Positions 15,001 to 29,292 of a stretch of 64,000 bases of DNA are shown here, piece after piece. The DNA comes from Eledone cirrhosa (taxonomy: Eukaryota). A model generated the notes under the pieces. That model saw only the letters and a list, made by a program, of their open reading frames with translations. It was not told the origin of the DNA and ran no database searches. Positions within the stretch are counted from its first letter, which is position 1. Every line of letters starts with the position of its first letter. A program made the position numbers and the translations under genes. The stretch lies in the NCBI GenBank assembly GCA_964016885.1, contig OZ024740.1:19592001-19656000 (forward strand). Direction: 5' to 3'.

Positions 15001-18000
15001 CCAGGTATAGTGTAGTCCATGTATAGAGTAGTCCAGGTATAATGTAGTCCAGGTATAGGGTAGACCAGGTGTAGTGTAGTCCAGGTATAGTGTAGTCCAG
15101 GTATAGTGTAGACCAGGTATAATGAGGTCCAGGTTGATAGTACTCCAGGTATAGTGTAGTCCAGCTATAATGTAATCCATGTATAGTGTAGTCTAGGTAT
15201 AATGTAGTTCAGGTATAGTGTAGTCCAGGTATAATGTAGTCCAGTTATAATGTAGTCCAGGTATAGTGTAGTCCTGGTATAATATAGTCTAGGTGTAGTG
15301 TAGTCCAGGTATAATGTAGTCCACGTATAGTGTAGTCCACGTCTAATGTAGTCCAGGTAGAGTGTAGACCTGGTATAGTGTAGTCAAGGTAAAATGTAGT
15401 CCAGGTATAATGTAGTCCAGATATAGTGTAATCCAGGTATAATGTATTCCAGGTACACTGTAGTCAAGGTACAATGTAGTCCAGGTATAGTGTAGTCCAG
15501 GTGCAGTGTAGTCCAGGTATCGTGTAGTCCATGTATAATATAGTCCAGATATAGTGTAGTCCGTGTATAGTGTAGTCCAGGTATAGTGTAGTCCAGGTAT
15601 AATATAGTCCAGGTATAATGTAGTCCAGGTATAATGCCGTCCAGGTATAGTGAAGTCCAGGTATAGAGTAGTCCAGGTAGAATGTACTCCAGGTATAGTG
15701 TAGTCAAGGTATAATATAGTGCAGGTATAATATAGTCCAGGTATAGTGTAGTCCAGGTATAATATAGTCCAGGTATAGTGTAGTGCAGTGTTAGTGTAGT
15801 CCGGGTATAATATAGTTTTGGGATTAGTTTAGACCAGGTATATTGTAGTCCAGGTATAGTGTAGTCCAGGTATAATGTAGTCCAGGTATAATGTAGTCCA
15901 GTTATAGTGTAGTCCAGGTATAGTGTAGCCCAGGTATAGTGTAGTCCAGGTATAATGTAGTCTATGTATAGTGTAGTCCAGGTATAATGTAATCCAGGTA
16001 TAGTGCAATCCAGGATTAGTGTAGTCCAGGTATAATATAGTCCAGGTATAGTTTAGTCCAGTTATAATGAAGTCCAGGTATAATACAGTCGATGTATAGT
16101 GTTGTCCAGGTATAGTATTGTCCAGGTATAATGTACTCCAGGTACAGCGTAGTCCGGGTATAGTGTAGTCCAGGTATAGTGTAGTCCAGATATAATGTAG
16201 TCCAGGTACAGCGTAGTCCATGTATAATGTAGTCCAGTTATAATGTAGTCCAGGTATAGTGTAGTCCATGTATAATGAAGTCGAGGTATAATATAGTCGA
16301 GGTATAGTGTTGTCCAGGTATAGTGTTGTCCAGGTATAATGTACTCCAGGTGTATTGTACTCCAGGTATAGTGTAGTCCAGGTATAATGTAATACACGTA
16401 TACTTTAGTCCAGGTATAGTGTAGACCAGGTATAGTGTAGTGCAGCTATAATGTAGTCCTAGTATTGTATAGTCCAGGTATAATGTAGTCCAGGTATAAT
16501 ATAGTCCAGTTATAGTGTAGTCCAGGTATTGTGTAGTCCAGGTATAATGTAATCCAGGTATAGTGTAGTCTAGGTATAATGTAGTCCAGGTATAGTGTAG
16601 TCCAGATATAATATAGTCTAGGTATAGTGTAGTCCAGGTATAGTATAGACCTGGTATAGTGTAGTCCAGGTATAATGTAGTTCAGGTATAATCTAGTCCT
16701 GATATAGTGTGATCCAGGTATAATTCATTCCAGGTACAGTGTAGTGCAGGTATAATGTAGTCCAGGTATAGTGTAGTCCAGGTATAATGTAATCAAGGTA
16801 TAGTGTAGTCCAGGATTAGTGTAGTCCGGGTATACTGTAGTCCAGGTATAGTGTAGTCCAGGTATAATATAGTCCAGGTATAGTGAATTCCAGGTATAGT
16901 GTAGTGCAGATATAATATAGTCCAGATATAGTGTAGTCCAGTTATTGTGTAGTCCTGTTATAATATAGTCTAGGTATAGTGTAGACCAGGTATAATGTAG
17001 TCCAGGTATAGTGTAGTCCAGGTATAATGTAGTCCATGTATAGTGTAGTCCAGGTATAATATAATCCAGGTATAGTGTAGTCCAGGATTAGTGTAGTCCA
17101 GGTATAGTGTAGTCCATGTATAGTGTAGTCCAGGTATAATATAATCCAGGTATAGTGTAGTCTAGGTATAATGGAGTCCAGGTATAATGTAGTCCAGGTA
17201 TAGTGTAGTCCAGGTATAATGTAGTCCAGGTATAGTGTAGTCCATGTATAATGTAGTCCAGGTGTAATGTAGGCCAGGAATAATATAGTCCAGGTATAGT
17301 GTAGTCCAGGTATAATGTAGTCCAGTTATAATGTAGTCCAGGTATAATGTAGTCCAGGTATAGTGTAGTCCAGGTATAGTGCAGTCCAGGCTGAATGTAG
17401 TCCAAGTATAATGTAGTCCAGTTTTAATGTATTCCAGGTATAATGTAATCCAGGTAAATATAGTCCAGGTATAATGTAGTCCAGTTATAATATAGTCGAG
17501 GTATAGTGTAGACCAGGTATAATGTAATCCAGGTATAATGTAGTCCAGGTATAGTGTAGTCCATGTATAGAGTAGTCCAGGTATAATGTAGTCCAGGTAT
17601 AGGGTAGACCAGGTGTAGTGTAGTCCAGGTATAGTGTAGTCCAGGTATAGTGTAGACCAGGTATAATGAGGTCCAGGTTGATAGTACTCCAGGTATAGTG
17701 TAGTCCAGCTATAATGTAATCCATGTATAGTGTAGTCTAGGTATAATGTAGTTCAGGTATAGTGTAGTCCAGGTATAATGTAGTCCAGTTATAATGTAGT
17801 CCAGGTATAGTGTAGTCCTGGTATAATATAGTCTAGGTATAGTGTAGTCCAGGTATAATGTAGTCCACGTATAGTGTAGTCCACGTCTAATGTAGTCCAG
17901 GTAGAGTGTAGACCTGGTATAGTGTAGTCAAGGTAAAATGTAGTCCAGGTATCATGTAGTCCAGATATAGTGTAATCCAGGTATAATGTATTCCAGGTAC

Positions 18001-20028
18001 ACTGTAGTCAAGGTACAATGTAGTCCAGGTATAGTGTAGTCCAGGTGCAGTGTAGTCGAAGTATCGTGTAGTCCAGGTATAGTGTAGTCCATGTATAATA
18101 TAGTCCAGGTATAGTGTAGTCCAGGTACAGTTTAGTCCAGGTATAATGTAGTCAAGGTGTAGGGTAGTCCAGGTATAGTGTAGTCCAGGTATAATGTAGT
18201 CCAGGTATAAAGTAGTCCAGGTATAGTGAAGTCCAAGTGCAGTGTAGTCCAGGTATAATGTAGTCCAGGCATAATGTAGACGAGGCGTAATGTAGTTCAG
18301 CTATGATGTAGTCCATGTATAGTGTAGGCCAGGTATAATGTAGTCCAGGTATAGTGTAGACAAGGTATAGTGTAGTCCAGGTATCGTGAAGTCCAGGTAT
18401 AGTGTAGTCCAGGTATAATATAGTCCCTGTATAATATAGTCCAGGTATAGTGTAGTCCAGGTATAGTGTAGACCAGGTATAATGTAATCCAGGTATAGTT
18501 TAGTCTAGGTATAATGTAGTCCAGGTATAATGTAGTCCAGTTATAATGTAGTCCAGGTATAGTGTAGTTCTGGTATAATATAGCCCAATTATAGTGTAGA
18601 CCAGTTATAGTGTAGTCCAGCTATAATGTAATCCACGTATAGTGTAGTCCGGGTATAGTGTAGTCCAGGTATAATGTAGTCCAGGTATAGTGTAGTCCAG
18701 GTATAATATAGTCCATGTATAATGTAGTCCAGGTATAATGTAGTCAAGGTATAGTGAAGTCCAGGTATAGAGTAGTCCAGGTATAATTTACTCCAGGTAT
18801 AGTGTAGTCAAGCTATAATGTAGTGCAGGTATAATATAGTCCAGGTATAGTGTAGTCCAGGGATAATATTGTCCAGGTATAGTGTAGTGCAGTGTTAGTG
18901 GAGTCCAGGTATAATGTAATCCAGGTATAGTGTAGTCCAGGATTGGTGTAGTCCAGGTATAAGGTAGTCCAGGTATAGTGTAGTCCAGGTATAATGAAGT
19001 CCATGTATAATACAGTCGAGGTATAGTGTTGTCCAGGTATATTATTGGCCAGGTTTAATGTACTCCAGGTACAGTGTAGTCCAGTTATAGTGTAGTCCAG
19101 GTATAATGTAATACACGTATAATGTAGTCGAGGTATAGTGTAGTCCAGGTATAATATAATACACGTATAATGTAGTCGAGGTATAGTGTAGTCCAGGTAT
19201 AATGTAGTGCAGGTATAGTGTAGTCCATGTATAATGTCGTCCAGTTATAATGTAGTCCAGGTATAGTGTAGTCCAGGTATAATCAAGTACAGGTATAATG
19301 TAGTCCAGGTATAGTGTAGTCCAGGTATAATGAAGTCCAGGTATAATATAGTCGAGGTATAGTGTTGTCCAGGTATAGTGTAGTCCAGGTATAATGAAGT
19401 CCAGGTATAATATAGTCGAGGTATAGTGTAGTCCAGGTATAATGTACTCCAGGTATATTGTACTCCAGGTATAGTGTAGACCAGGTATAGTATAGTGCAG
19501 GTATAATGTAGTCCTAGTATAGTGTAGTCCAGGTATAATATAGTCCAGGTATAGTGTAGTCCAGGTATAATGTAGTCCAGGAATAGTGTATTCCAGGTAT
19601 AGTGTAGTCCGGGTATAATGTAGTCCAGGTTTAGTGTAGTCCAGGTATAGTTTAGTCCAGGTATAGTGTAGTCCTGGTATAGTGTAGTCCAGCTATAATG
19701 TAGTCCAGGTATAGTGTACTCCAGGTATAGTGTACTCCAGGTATAATGTAGTCCACGTATAGTGTAGTCCAGGTGTAATGTGGTCCAGGTATAGTATTCC
19801 AGGTATAATGTAGTCCAGGTATAGTTTAGTGCTGGTTTAATATAGTCTAGGTATAGTGTAGTCCTGTTATAGTGTAGTCCTGGTATAATGTAGTCCAGGT
19901 AGAGTGTAGTCCAGGTATAATGGAGTCCAGGTATAATGTAGTCCAGGTATAATGTAGTCCAGGTATAATGTAGTCCAGGTATATTGTAGTCCAGGTATAA
20001 TGTAGTCCAGGTATAATGTAGTCCAGGT
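1..20028. repeat. 16-bp satellite (CCAGGTATA[G/A]TGTAGT)n with higher-order duplications
   Basis: Unit read directly. ORF track shows a 16-aa period (3 units). Identical variant blocks recur at offsets 1294, 5260, 5405 and 2544 bp. Confidence 0.97.
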
Positions 20029-20599
20029 TAACTCTTATGGATCCTTACTCAAGTTTTAGTGATTTACAAGTTTCATAAAAACCAAGGTAATCATTGTTTT
20101 GAAGATTTTAGCTGTTGTTGTCGTTGTTGTTGTTCAATACTAGAGATGGTCAGCTATGGGTCTGTTATATTCACCCATTGTGTCTGTTGTTGTTGATGTT
20201 GATGGTGGTGGTGGTGGTGGTGGTGGTCAGCTATGGGACCGTTATATTTACCCATTGTGTCTGTTGTTGTTGGTGGTGGTAGTGGTGGTGGTGGTGTTGG
20301 TGGTCTTGGTCAGCTATGAGACAATCATATTGTCCGTCTGTTGCTGAAATAGTTCCACTTACCGATTGTCCATTCAAAGCTATTCTCTGATTCCGACTTT
20401 ATACCACTCTACGTCTCATAGAAACCGGTAAAAGTAAACTAGAATATATAATCATCCAATTGCGGTATAACCTTCTGTGAGGAATAAGTAAGGCAGATCT
20501 GGCTGTATGGGAAAGTAGAGGAGATAACTATGGAAGACATACATGAGAGGAAAAGGAGGGAAATAGCAAGGATTCTAGGGCCACAGAAGAAAATTGGGG

Positions 20600-20770
20600 G
20601 GAAGGGGGTGTTGGGCTCTGGGTTTAGGGCGCGACGGTGTTGGGGCTGTGCCCCGCGAACCCGCTGCAACAGCCACCCCACCTTGCGAGGCTCCTTCCCT
20701 AGACGGGCTGATGATGTTCCGATCTTGCGACGGAGCTCGGCACTAGGGGTCCGAGTGCACCTGCGTTCAG
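20600..20770 (-). mobile_element. Degenerate CRE-like non-LTR retrotransposon 3' (RLE) fragment
   Basis: Minus strand reads GALGP..KIG...EPRKVGWLLQRV.RG (with frameshifts), matching the better copy at 55420-55680. Confidence 0.5.
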
Positions 20771-20802
20771 TATATGTTTAGCAGGAGATGTCTCTTTCTT
20801 TG

Positions 20803-20925
20803 GACCTCCGTCGGTTTCGATGATGAATGTCCTAGTTGTTCGATCAACGGAACATTCTGTTCATGAAATTAACATGTAAGTGGCTGAGTATTCCACAGAC
20901 ACGTGTGCTCTTAAAGTACCGGATA
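20803..20925 (-). mobile_element. SINE 3' portion
   Basis: Diverged inverted homolog of 54475-54600 (gaaattaacatg..tggctgag.attcca). Confidence 0.5.
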
Positions 20926-20966
20926 TACTCTAATAAAAACCGAGGAATATGAAACCAAAAATATTG

Positions 20967-21174
20967 GTTTCTTCTATAGGCACAAGGCCAGCAATTTTGG
21001 GGGAGGGGAAATTCGATTAAATCGAACCCAGTGCGTGACTGGTACTTTATTTTATCGATCCCGTAAAGATGAAAGGCAAAGTTAACCTCGGTGGGATTTG
21101 AACTCAGATCATAAAGGGCTGTAATTCTATGCTGCAAAGCATGGCGTACGGCCCTCTACCGATACTGCCAATCC
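20967..21174 (-). mobile_element. tRNA-derived SINE (octopus-type)
   Basis: Pol III B-box GAGTTCAAATCC on minus strand. Body tggtactttattttatcga..gatgaaaggcaaagttaacc is shared with copies at 38945, 52600 and 52795. Confidence 0.8.
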
Positions 21175-21441
21175 AAAAATATTGATGGTAAAATAGCTTG
21201 TCTTATATACACATTCTAAACAATGTGTTGATTACTTGCCTTGGTTTATAAATGGGGTTTAGATTTTCACCTGTTTCTCGGGGTGGGGGGTCGACTTGTA
21301 TTTGGATAGGTTATATTCGTGTACATATGGTAAGATTCAGCTAGATAACTCTAGCCCTTTGAATTACAAGTACAGACCATCCGACGTACCTTCAGTTCTC
21401 ATCTCTTTGATTACACTTACAAGGCATGGGTTGACCTAAGA

Positions 21442-21735
21442 CAGAGTCGGATTTCATGGGGAGCAATTGTCCCGGGAACCATGCAGTGGGGGACCCCACC
21501 AACGATGGTTGCAACAATTTATTTCTGCCCTCAGTTGGGCTTTTTAGTTTTAGGATGGTTAGAATTTTTTTTTATTTAATAGCTGTATGTATAACTTTTC
21601 AATTCCAATTACTTGCACCAAGCTAACTTTGATATGTAAAACTGGGGGGAGGAGGTGCTGTGTATTCTAATTTTTTGTGTATGAGGGGACCCCTAAAACC
21701 TGTAGATCCCCCCTCAAGGTCTAAATCCAATCCTG
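21442..21735. mobile_element. hAT-type MITE inserted in a SINE remnant
   Basis: Imperfect TIRs CAGAGTCGGATTT / AAATCCAATCCTG; 8-bp TSD acctaaga / acctgaga. Confidence 0.7.
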
Positions 21736-22004
21736 ACCTGAGACTATAACAAATGACACTTGTTATCATGAAGTGGGATCGAACCCGGTACTGTATGACA
21801 GTGAAACCAACTCGCCAACCATTCGGTCATGTTTTTATAGGTTATCTCCCCCTAGGTCTGACCTTCATATCTCTTCTGTATTTATCAAACGTGAAATTCG
21901 AGCTAATGCAATCCCATAATCTCCTGCGGGATTTCAGTTCAAGATTAAAGTAACACTTTGATTATTTTGAGTGTCTATTTTTAGGGAAGGTGGGTAGGGG
22001 GTGA

Positions 22005-23095
22005 AGTGTGTGTGTGTGTGTGTATTAGTGTATGTGTATGTGTGTGTTTGTGTATTTGTGTATATGTGTTTGCGCGAGTGTGTATGTATATGTGTGCGTG
22101 TATGTGAATGTGTACATGTATTTGTGTGTGTGTTTGTGTGTGTACACATGTCTGTATGAAATTATGTGAGGGCGTGAATATTAAATTGTGTATGTATATG
22201 TGAGATGTTATGTGTGTGATTGTGTTTGTATGTGGGTGTATGTATGTGTGTGTGTGTGTGTATTTATGTGTGTGTGTTAGTCTGTGTGTCAATGTGTGTG
22301 TGTGTGTTAGTGCATGTGTGCATGCCTGTGTATATGTGTCTGAGTGCGTGTGTGTGAGTGTTAGTGAATGTGTGCGTGTTAGTGTGTGTGTGTTTGTGTG
22401 TTAGTGTATGTGTGTGTTTGTGTGTTAGTGTTTGTGTGTGTTAGTGTTAGTGTATGTGTGTGTTTGTGTGTTAGTGTTTGTGTGTTAGTGTTTGTGTGTG
22501 TTTGTGTGTTAGTGTTAGTGTTTGTGTGTTAGTGTTTGTGTGTGTTTGTGTTAGTGTGTGTGTGTGTTTGTGTTAGTGTTTGTGTGTGTTTGTGTGTTAG
22601 TGTTAGTGTGTGTTTGTGTTAGTGTAAGTGTGTGTTTGTGTGTTAGTGTTTGAGTGTGTTTGTGTTAGTGTATGTGTGTGTTTGTGTGTGTTTGTGTGTT
22701 ATTGTTAGTGTATGTGTGTGTATTGTGTGTTAGTGTTTGTGTATGTGTGTGTTTGTGTGTTAGTGATAGTGTATGTGTGTGTTTGTGTGTTAGTGTATGT
22801 GTGTGTTTGTGTGTTAGTGTTAGTGTATGTGTGTGTTTGTATGTTAGTGTGTATGTGTGTTTGTGTGTTAGTGCATGTGTGTGTTTGTGTGTTAGTGTTT
22901 GTGTGTGTTTGTGTGTTAGTGATAGTGTATGTGTGTGTGTGTTTGTGTGTTAGTGTATGTGTGTGTTTGTGTGTTAGTGTTAGTGTATGTGTGTGTTTGT
23001 ATGTTAGTGTGTATGTGTGTTTGTGTGTTAGTGCATGTGTGTGTTTGTGTGTTAGTGTTTGTGTGTGTTTGTGTGTTTGTGTGCGTGTGGATGGT
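22005..23095. repeat. Compound (GT)n/GTGTTA microsatellite
   Basis: Read directly. Confidence 0.95.
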
Positions 23096-23134
23096 TAAGA
23101 TGTTCACTTCGCAATCATTATGTCGCGGGTTTGA

Positions 23135-25680
23135 CTGTAGTGGTATAGTAGTGGCATAGTAGTGGTATAGTAGTGGTATAGTGGTGGTATAGTAGTGGTA
23201 TATGTAGCGGTGTAGTGGTATAGTAGTGGTATGGTGGTATATTAGCGGTATAGTGGTGGTATGGTGGTATATTAGCGGTATAGTGGCATAGTAGTGGTAT
23301 ATGTAGCAGTGTAGTGGTATAGTAGTGGTATATGTAGTGGTATGGTGGTATAGTAGTGGTACATGTAGTCGTGTAGTGGTATAGTAGTGGTATATGTAGT
23401 GGTGTGGTGGTATAGCAGTGGTATATGTAGTGGTGTAGTGGTATAGTAGTAGTATGGTGATATAGTAGTGGTATAGTGGTATAGTAGTTGTATATGTAGT
23501 GGTGAAATGGTATAGTAGTGGTATGGTGGTATAATAGGGGTATATGTAGCGATGTAGTGGTATAGTAGTGGTATGGTGGTATAGTAGTGATGTAGTGGTA
23601 TAACAGTGGTATATATAGTGGTATAGTGACATAGTAGTGGAATATGTAGGGATGTGGTGGTATAGTAGTGGTATATGTAGTGGTATGGTGGTATAGTAGT
23701 GGTATAGTAGTGGTGTAGTGGTATAGTAATGGTATATGTAGTGGTGTAGTTGTATAATAGTGGTATATGTAGTGGTATAATAGTGGTATATGTAGTGGTG
23801 TAGTGGTATAGTAGTGATATATGTAGTGGTATGGTGGTATAGTAGTGGTATATGTAGTGGTGTAGTGGTATGGTGGTATAGTAGTGGTATATGTAGTGGT
23901 GTAGTGGTATAATAGTGGTATATGTATTGGTGTAGTGGTATAGTAGTGATATATGTAGTGGCATGGTGGTATAGTAGTGGTATATGTAGTGGTGTAGTGG
24001 TATAGTGGTGGTATATGTAGTGGTATAGTAGTATAGTAGTGGTATATGTAGTGGTATGGTGGTATATGTAGTTGTGTGGTGGTATACTAGTGGTATATGT
24101 AGTGATGTAGTGATATAGTGGTATAGCAGTGGTATATGTAGTGGTGTAGTGGTATAGTGGTGGTATATGTAGTGGTATAGTAGTATAGTAGTGGTATATG
24201 TAGTGGTATGGTGGTATATGTAGTTGTGTGGTGGTATACTAGTGGTATATGTAGTGATATAGTGGTATAGTAGTGGTATATGTAGTGGTATGGTGGTATA
24301 GTAGTGGTATATGCAATGTTATATTGGTATAGTAGTGGTATATGTAGTGGTATACTGGTATAATAGTGGCATGGTGGTATAGTAGTGGTATATATAGTGG
24401 TATATTGGTATAATAGTGGTATATGTAGTGGTATGGTGGTATAGTAGTGGTATATGCAATGTTATATTGGTATAGTAGTCGTATATGTAGTGGTATACTG
24501 GTATAATAGTGGCATGGTGGTATAGTAGTGGCATATATAGTGATATAGTGGTTTAGTAGTGGTATATGTAGTGGTATGGTGGTATAGTAGTGGTATATGC
24601 AATGTTATATTGGTATAGTAGTGGTATATGTAGTGGCATACTGGTATAATAGTGGCATGGTGGTATAGTAGTGGTATATATAGTGGTATATTGGTATAGT
24701 AGTGGTATATGTAGTGGTATATGTAGTGGTATGGTGGTATAGTAGCTGTATATGTAGTGGTATGGTGGTATAGTAGTGGTATATGTAGTGGTATGGTGGT
24801 ATAGTAGTGGTATATATAGTGGTATGGTGGTATATATAGTGGTGTAGTGGTATATGTAGTGCTATGGTGGTATAGTACTGGTATATGTAGTGGTATATGT
24901 AGTGGTATGGTGGTATAGTAGTGCTATATGTAGTGGTATTGTGGTATAATAGTGGTATATATAGTGGTATGGTGGTATATATAGTGGTGTAGTGGTATAT
25001 GTAGTGCTATGGTGGTATAGTACTGGTATATGTAGTGGTATATGTAGTGGTATGGTGGTATAGTAGTGCTATATGTAGTGGTATTGTGGTATAATAGTGG
25101 TATATGTAGCGGTGTAGTGGTATAGTAGTGGTATATGTAGTGGTGTGGTGGTATAGTAGTGGTATATGTAGTGGTGTAGTGGTATGGTGGTATAGTAGTA
25201 GTATATGTAGTGGTATGGTGGTATAGTAGTAGTATATGTAGTGGTATGGTGGTATAGTAGTAGTATATGTAGTGGTATGGTGGTATAGTAGTGGTATATG
25301 TAGTGGCATATGTTGTGGTATATGTTGTGGTATATGTAGTGGTATGGTGGTATATGTAGTGGTATGGTGGTATATGTAGAGGTATGGTGGTATGTTTACG
25401 GGTGTGGTAGTACATGTGGTGGTATGGTGGTATATGCAGTGTCACATGTAATAGTATTATGGTATCTACAGTGGTATAGTGGTATATGCGGTAGTATAGT
25501 GGTATCTATAGTGGTGTAGTGGTACATGCGGTAGTATAGTGGTATCTGCAGTGGTATAATAGTATCTGCAGTGATGTAGTGGTACATGTGGTAGTACAGT
25601 TTTATCTACAGTGGTACATGTAGTATGCTGGTATCTGCAGTGGTATAGTAGTATATGTGGTAGTATATTATATATAGTAG
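23135..25680. repeat. Cryptic GTA/GTG/GTAT low-complexity satellite
   Basis: Recurring gtagtggtatatgtagtggtatggtggtata motifs. Confidence 0.95.
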
Positions 25681-25799
25681 CTAAGGTGAGTCATGAACGC
25701 CATTGTATCTCCTGTCATCTGTAATGTCTACACAATGTCATGGTGCAGTTTATTATAGTCTTAAAGATGGCTGCTTGGTGTTGTACTGCAGCGAAACAA

Positions 25800-26314
<515 letters not shown>

Positions 26315-26410
26315 AGAGATGAGATTCTACAGGACTAGAACTGTTTCATTCTTGAGAATTACCTCCGATTCAACCCTTTAGAATCTTATCTATAGTAAAT
26401 ATATATATAT

Positions 26411-27132
26411 ATAAACGGAAAAAAATGAAACGAAATTTCATTTGCCACTCTTAGTACGGCTGTTACTTAAATATAAGTATGTACACGTACATACATCTAT
26501 GTATACCGACGTACAGTAGTATGAATATATATATATACATACATGCACACATATATATATGTACGTTTGGATTCACCGAACATTTATTATAATGCTCGGT
26601 GTGTTTGTAAACAAACATCCCGTATTAAGCCGTAGTGACCAGCAACCATCGTTGCTCATTTGTTCAACACTGACAAAGGAACTGTATACATATATGTATG
26701 TACGTGTACATACTTATATTTGAGTAACAGCTGTACTAAGAGTGGGAAATGAAATTTCGTTTCATTTTTTCTGTTTATCGTTTTCGGTGCACCCGGCCGA
26801 TTAACCCATTCGATATGCTAATTGGGCTACTCAGCCATTAATATGCATAAGGTAAGTATATACGTTCAACAATGTGGCAGGAAGGTATACGTTGCTGGTG
26901 ATAGCTAATAAGCTTGAAACTAGTACAGCATTCCTTTGTGAGTGTTGAACAAACGAGCAACGATGGTTGCTGGACACTACGGCTTCATACAGGATGTTTG
27001 TTTACAAACACACCGAGCATTATAATAAATGTTCGGTGAATCCATACGTACATATATATATGTGTGCATGTATGTATATATATATACATACTACTGCACG
27101 TCTGTATACATATATGTATGTACGTGTACATA

Positions 27133-27215
<83 letters not shown>

Positions 27216-27932
27216 GGAAAAAATGAAACGATATTTCATTTCCCACTCTTAGTACGGCTGTTACTTAAATATAAGTATGTACACGCACGTACATACATAT
27301 ATGTATACCGACGTACAGTAGTATGTATATATATATACATACATGCACACATATATATATGCACGTATGGATTCACCGAACATTTATTATAATGCTCGGT
27401 GTATTTGTAAACAAACATCCCGTATTAAGCCGTGGTGACCAGCAACCATCGTTGCTCATTTGTTCAACCCTGACAAAGGAACTGTATACATATATGTATG
27501 TACGTGTACATACTTATATTTGAGTAACAGCCGTACTAAGAGTGGGAAATGAAATTTCGTTTCATTTTTTCTGTTTATCGTTTTCGGTGCACCCGGCCGA
27601 TTAACCCATTCGATATGCAAATTGGGCTACTCAGCCATTAATATGCATAAGGTAAGTATATACGTTCAACAATGTGGCAGGAAGGTATACGTTGCTGGTG
27701 ATAGCTAATAAGCTTGAAACTAGTACAGCATTCCTTTGTGAGTGTTGAACAAACGAGCAACGATGGTTGCTGGACACTACGGCTTCATACGGGATGTTTG
27801 TTTACAAACACACCGAGCATTATAATAAATGTTCGGTGAATCCATACGTACATATATATATGTGTGCATGTATGTATATATATATACATACTACTGCACG
27901 TCTGTATACATATATGTATGTACGTGTACATA

Positions 27933-27935
<3 letters not shown>
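26411..27935. mobile_element. Non-autonomous PLE-like family A, two 800-bp tandem inverted+direct cassettes in (TA)n
   Basis: Each cassette is an inverted part followed by a direct part ending in (TA)n. HHR copies at 26890-26930 and 27690-27730 have a mutated CTGGTGA core. Confidence 0.75.
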
Positions 27936-27969
<34 letters not shown>

Positions 27970-27976
<7 letters not shown>

Positions 27977-29272
27977 ATATTTAGAAACACACAGATACAT
28001 GCGGGCACACACATATATACATGAATGCATCCGCACCCAACTGTGAATTAAGGGTGCCAACTTCACCGATGTTGCTCAATGAATGACTGGGACAGACCAA
28101 TTCAGTTGAATTAGACTGAACCAGTATCAGAGTTAAAAATACATTATGAAGAGAGAAGAAACATTTAGATATAATTAGTAATAAAATGTATCATACCTAA
28201 ACTGCTCCTAAATTCCTCGACTACGTAGTTTCGTGGCATAAACAAAAACAATATATCATAAAGATATAGAGTCCTTGCGAGGTCTGCCGACTTATCAAGA
28301 GGATCCCTCATTTTACTAGTCTCAAGAACGCGTCTACACGACGTGAGAAAGAATCCCAAAAGGCGGAGGGGGAGATAGTCACGCGATATAACGGTCGAGA
28401 AACTGAGCTAAGCCTTTCTCGACCGTTATATCGCGTGACTATCTCCCCCTCCGCCTTTTGGGATTCTTTCTCACGTCGTGTAGACGCGTTCTTGAGACTA
28501 GTAAAATGAGGTATCCTCTTGATAAGTCGGCAGACCTCGCAAGGACTCTATATCTTTATGATATATTGTTTTTGTTTATGCCACGAAACTACGTAGTCGA
28601 GGAATTTAGGAGCAGTTTAGGTATGATACATTTTATTACTAATTATATCTAAATGTTTCTTCTCTCTTCATAATGTATTTTTAACTCTGATACTGGTTCA
28701 GTCTAGTTCAACTGAATTGGTCTGTCCCAGTCATTCATTGAGCAACATCGGTGAAGTTGGCACCCTTAACTCACAGTTGGGTGCGGATGCATTCATGTAT
28801 ATATGTGTGTGTCCGCATGTATCTGTGTGTTTCTAAATATATTGTTAATAACTCCCTCTGGTCGAGCAATCTTTGAAGTGTGGGGACAGCTGGAAAGCTT
28901 CCATTACTCATACTTCTCGCCTTCTTCACCACCTCTTCTACGGCCTCGATATAAATACCCCCTCCGCCTCCGTGGTATTTTCTTCGGGGTTATAAGAGGC
29001 TTAGCTCTGTTTCTTGACCGTTATATCGTGTGACTATCTCCCCCTCCGCCTTTTGGGATTCTTTCTCACGTCGTGTAGACGCGTTCTCGAGACTAGTAAA
29101 ATGAGGTATCCTCTTGATAAGTCGGCAGACCTCGCAAGGATTCTATATCTTTATGATATATTGTTTTTGTTTATGCCACGAAACTACGTAGTCGAGGAAT
29201 TTAGGAGCAGTTTAGGTATGATACATTTTATTACTAATTATATCTAAATGTTTCTTCTCTCTTCATAATGTA
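27970..29272. mobile_element. Non-autonomous PLE-like family B, ~870-bp foldback plus partial tandem (595-nt unit)
   Basis: Near-perfect inverted repeat centred at ~28408, a direct partial repeat to 29272, (TA)n on both sides, and three HHRs. Confidence 0.8.
28514..28603 (+). ncRNA. Type I hammerhead ribozyme, U3-A8 core (family B; also 28214-28303 -, 29109-29198 +, 30768-30857 -, 31068-31157 +, 31663-31752 +)
   Basis: TCCTC-TTGATAA-GT(C)GGCA...TGCCAC-GAAA-CTACGTAG-TC/GAGGA: stem I TCCTC:GAGGA, palindromic stem III ACTACGTAGT, GUC triplet. Confidence 0.8.
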
Positions 29273-29292
29273 TATATATATATATATATATA

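Noticed and set aside
257-19004. Many PGLHYTWTTLYLDY ORFs
   Set aside because: Translation of a 16-bp satellite.
20364-20505. Minus-strand exon with good acceptor and GTAAGT donor
   Set aside because: Stops in all three frames; could only be non-coding, and nothing else supports it.
20708-20745. CTGATGA followed by a hairpin
   Set aside because: No GAAA after the stem; it lies in an antisense CRE-like coding fragment.
26334-26396. Further HHR (minus strand ACTA-TAGATAA...GAAA-CAGT-TC/TAGT)
   Set aside because: Needs several core changes and has a 1-bp non-palindromic stem III; at best a decayed remnant.
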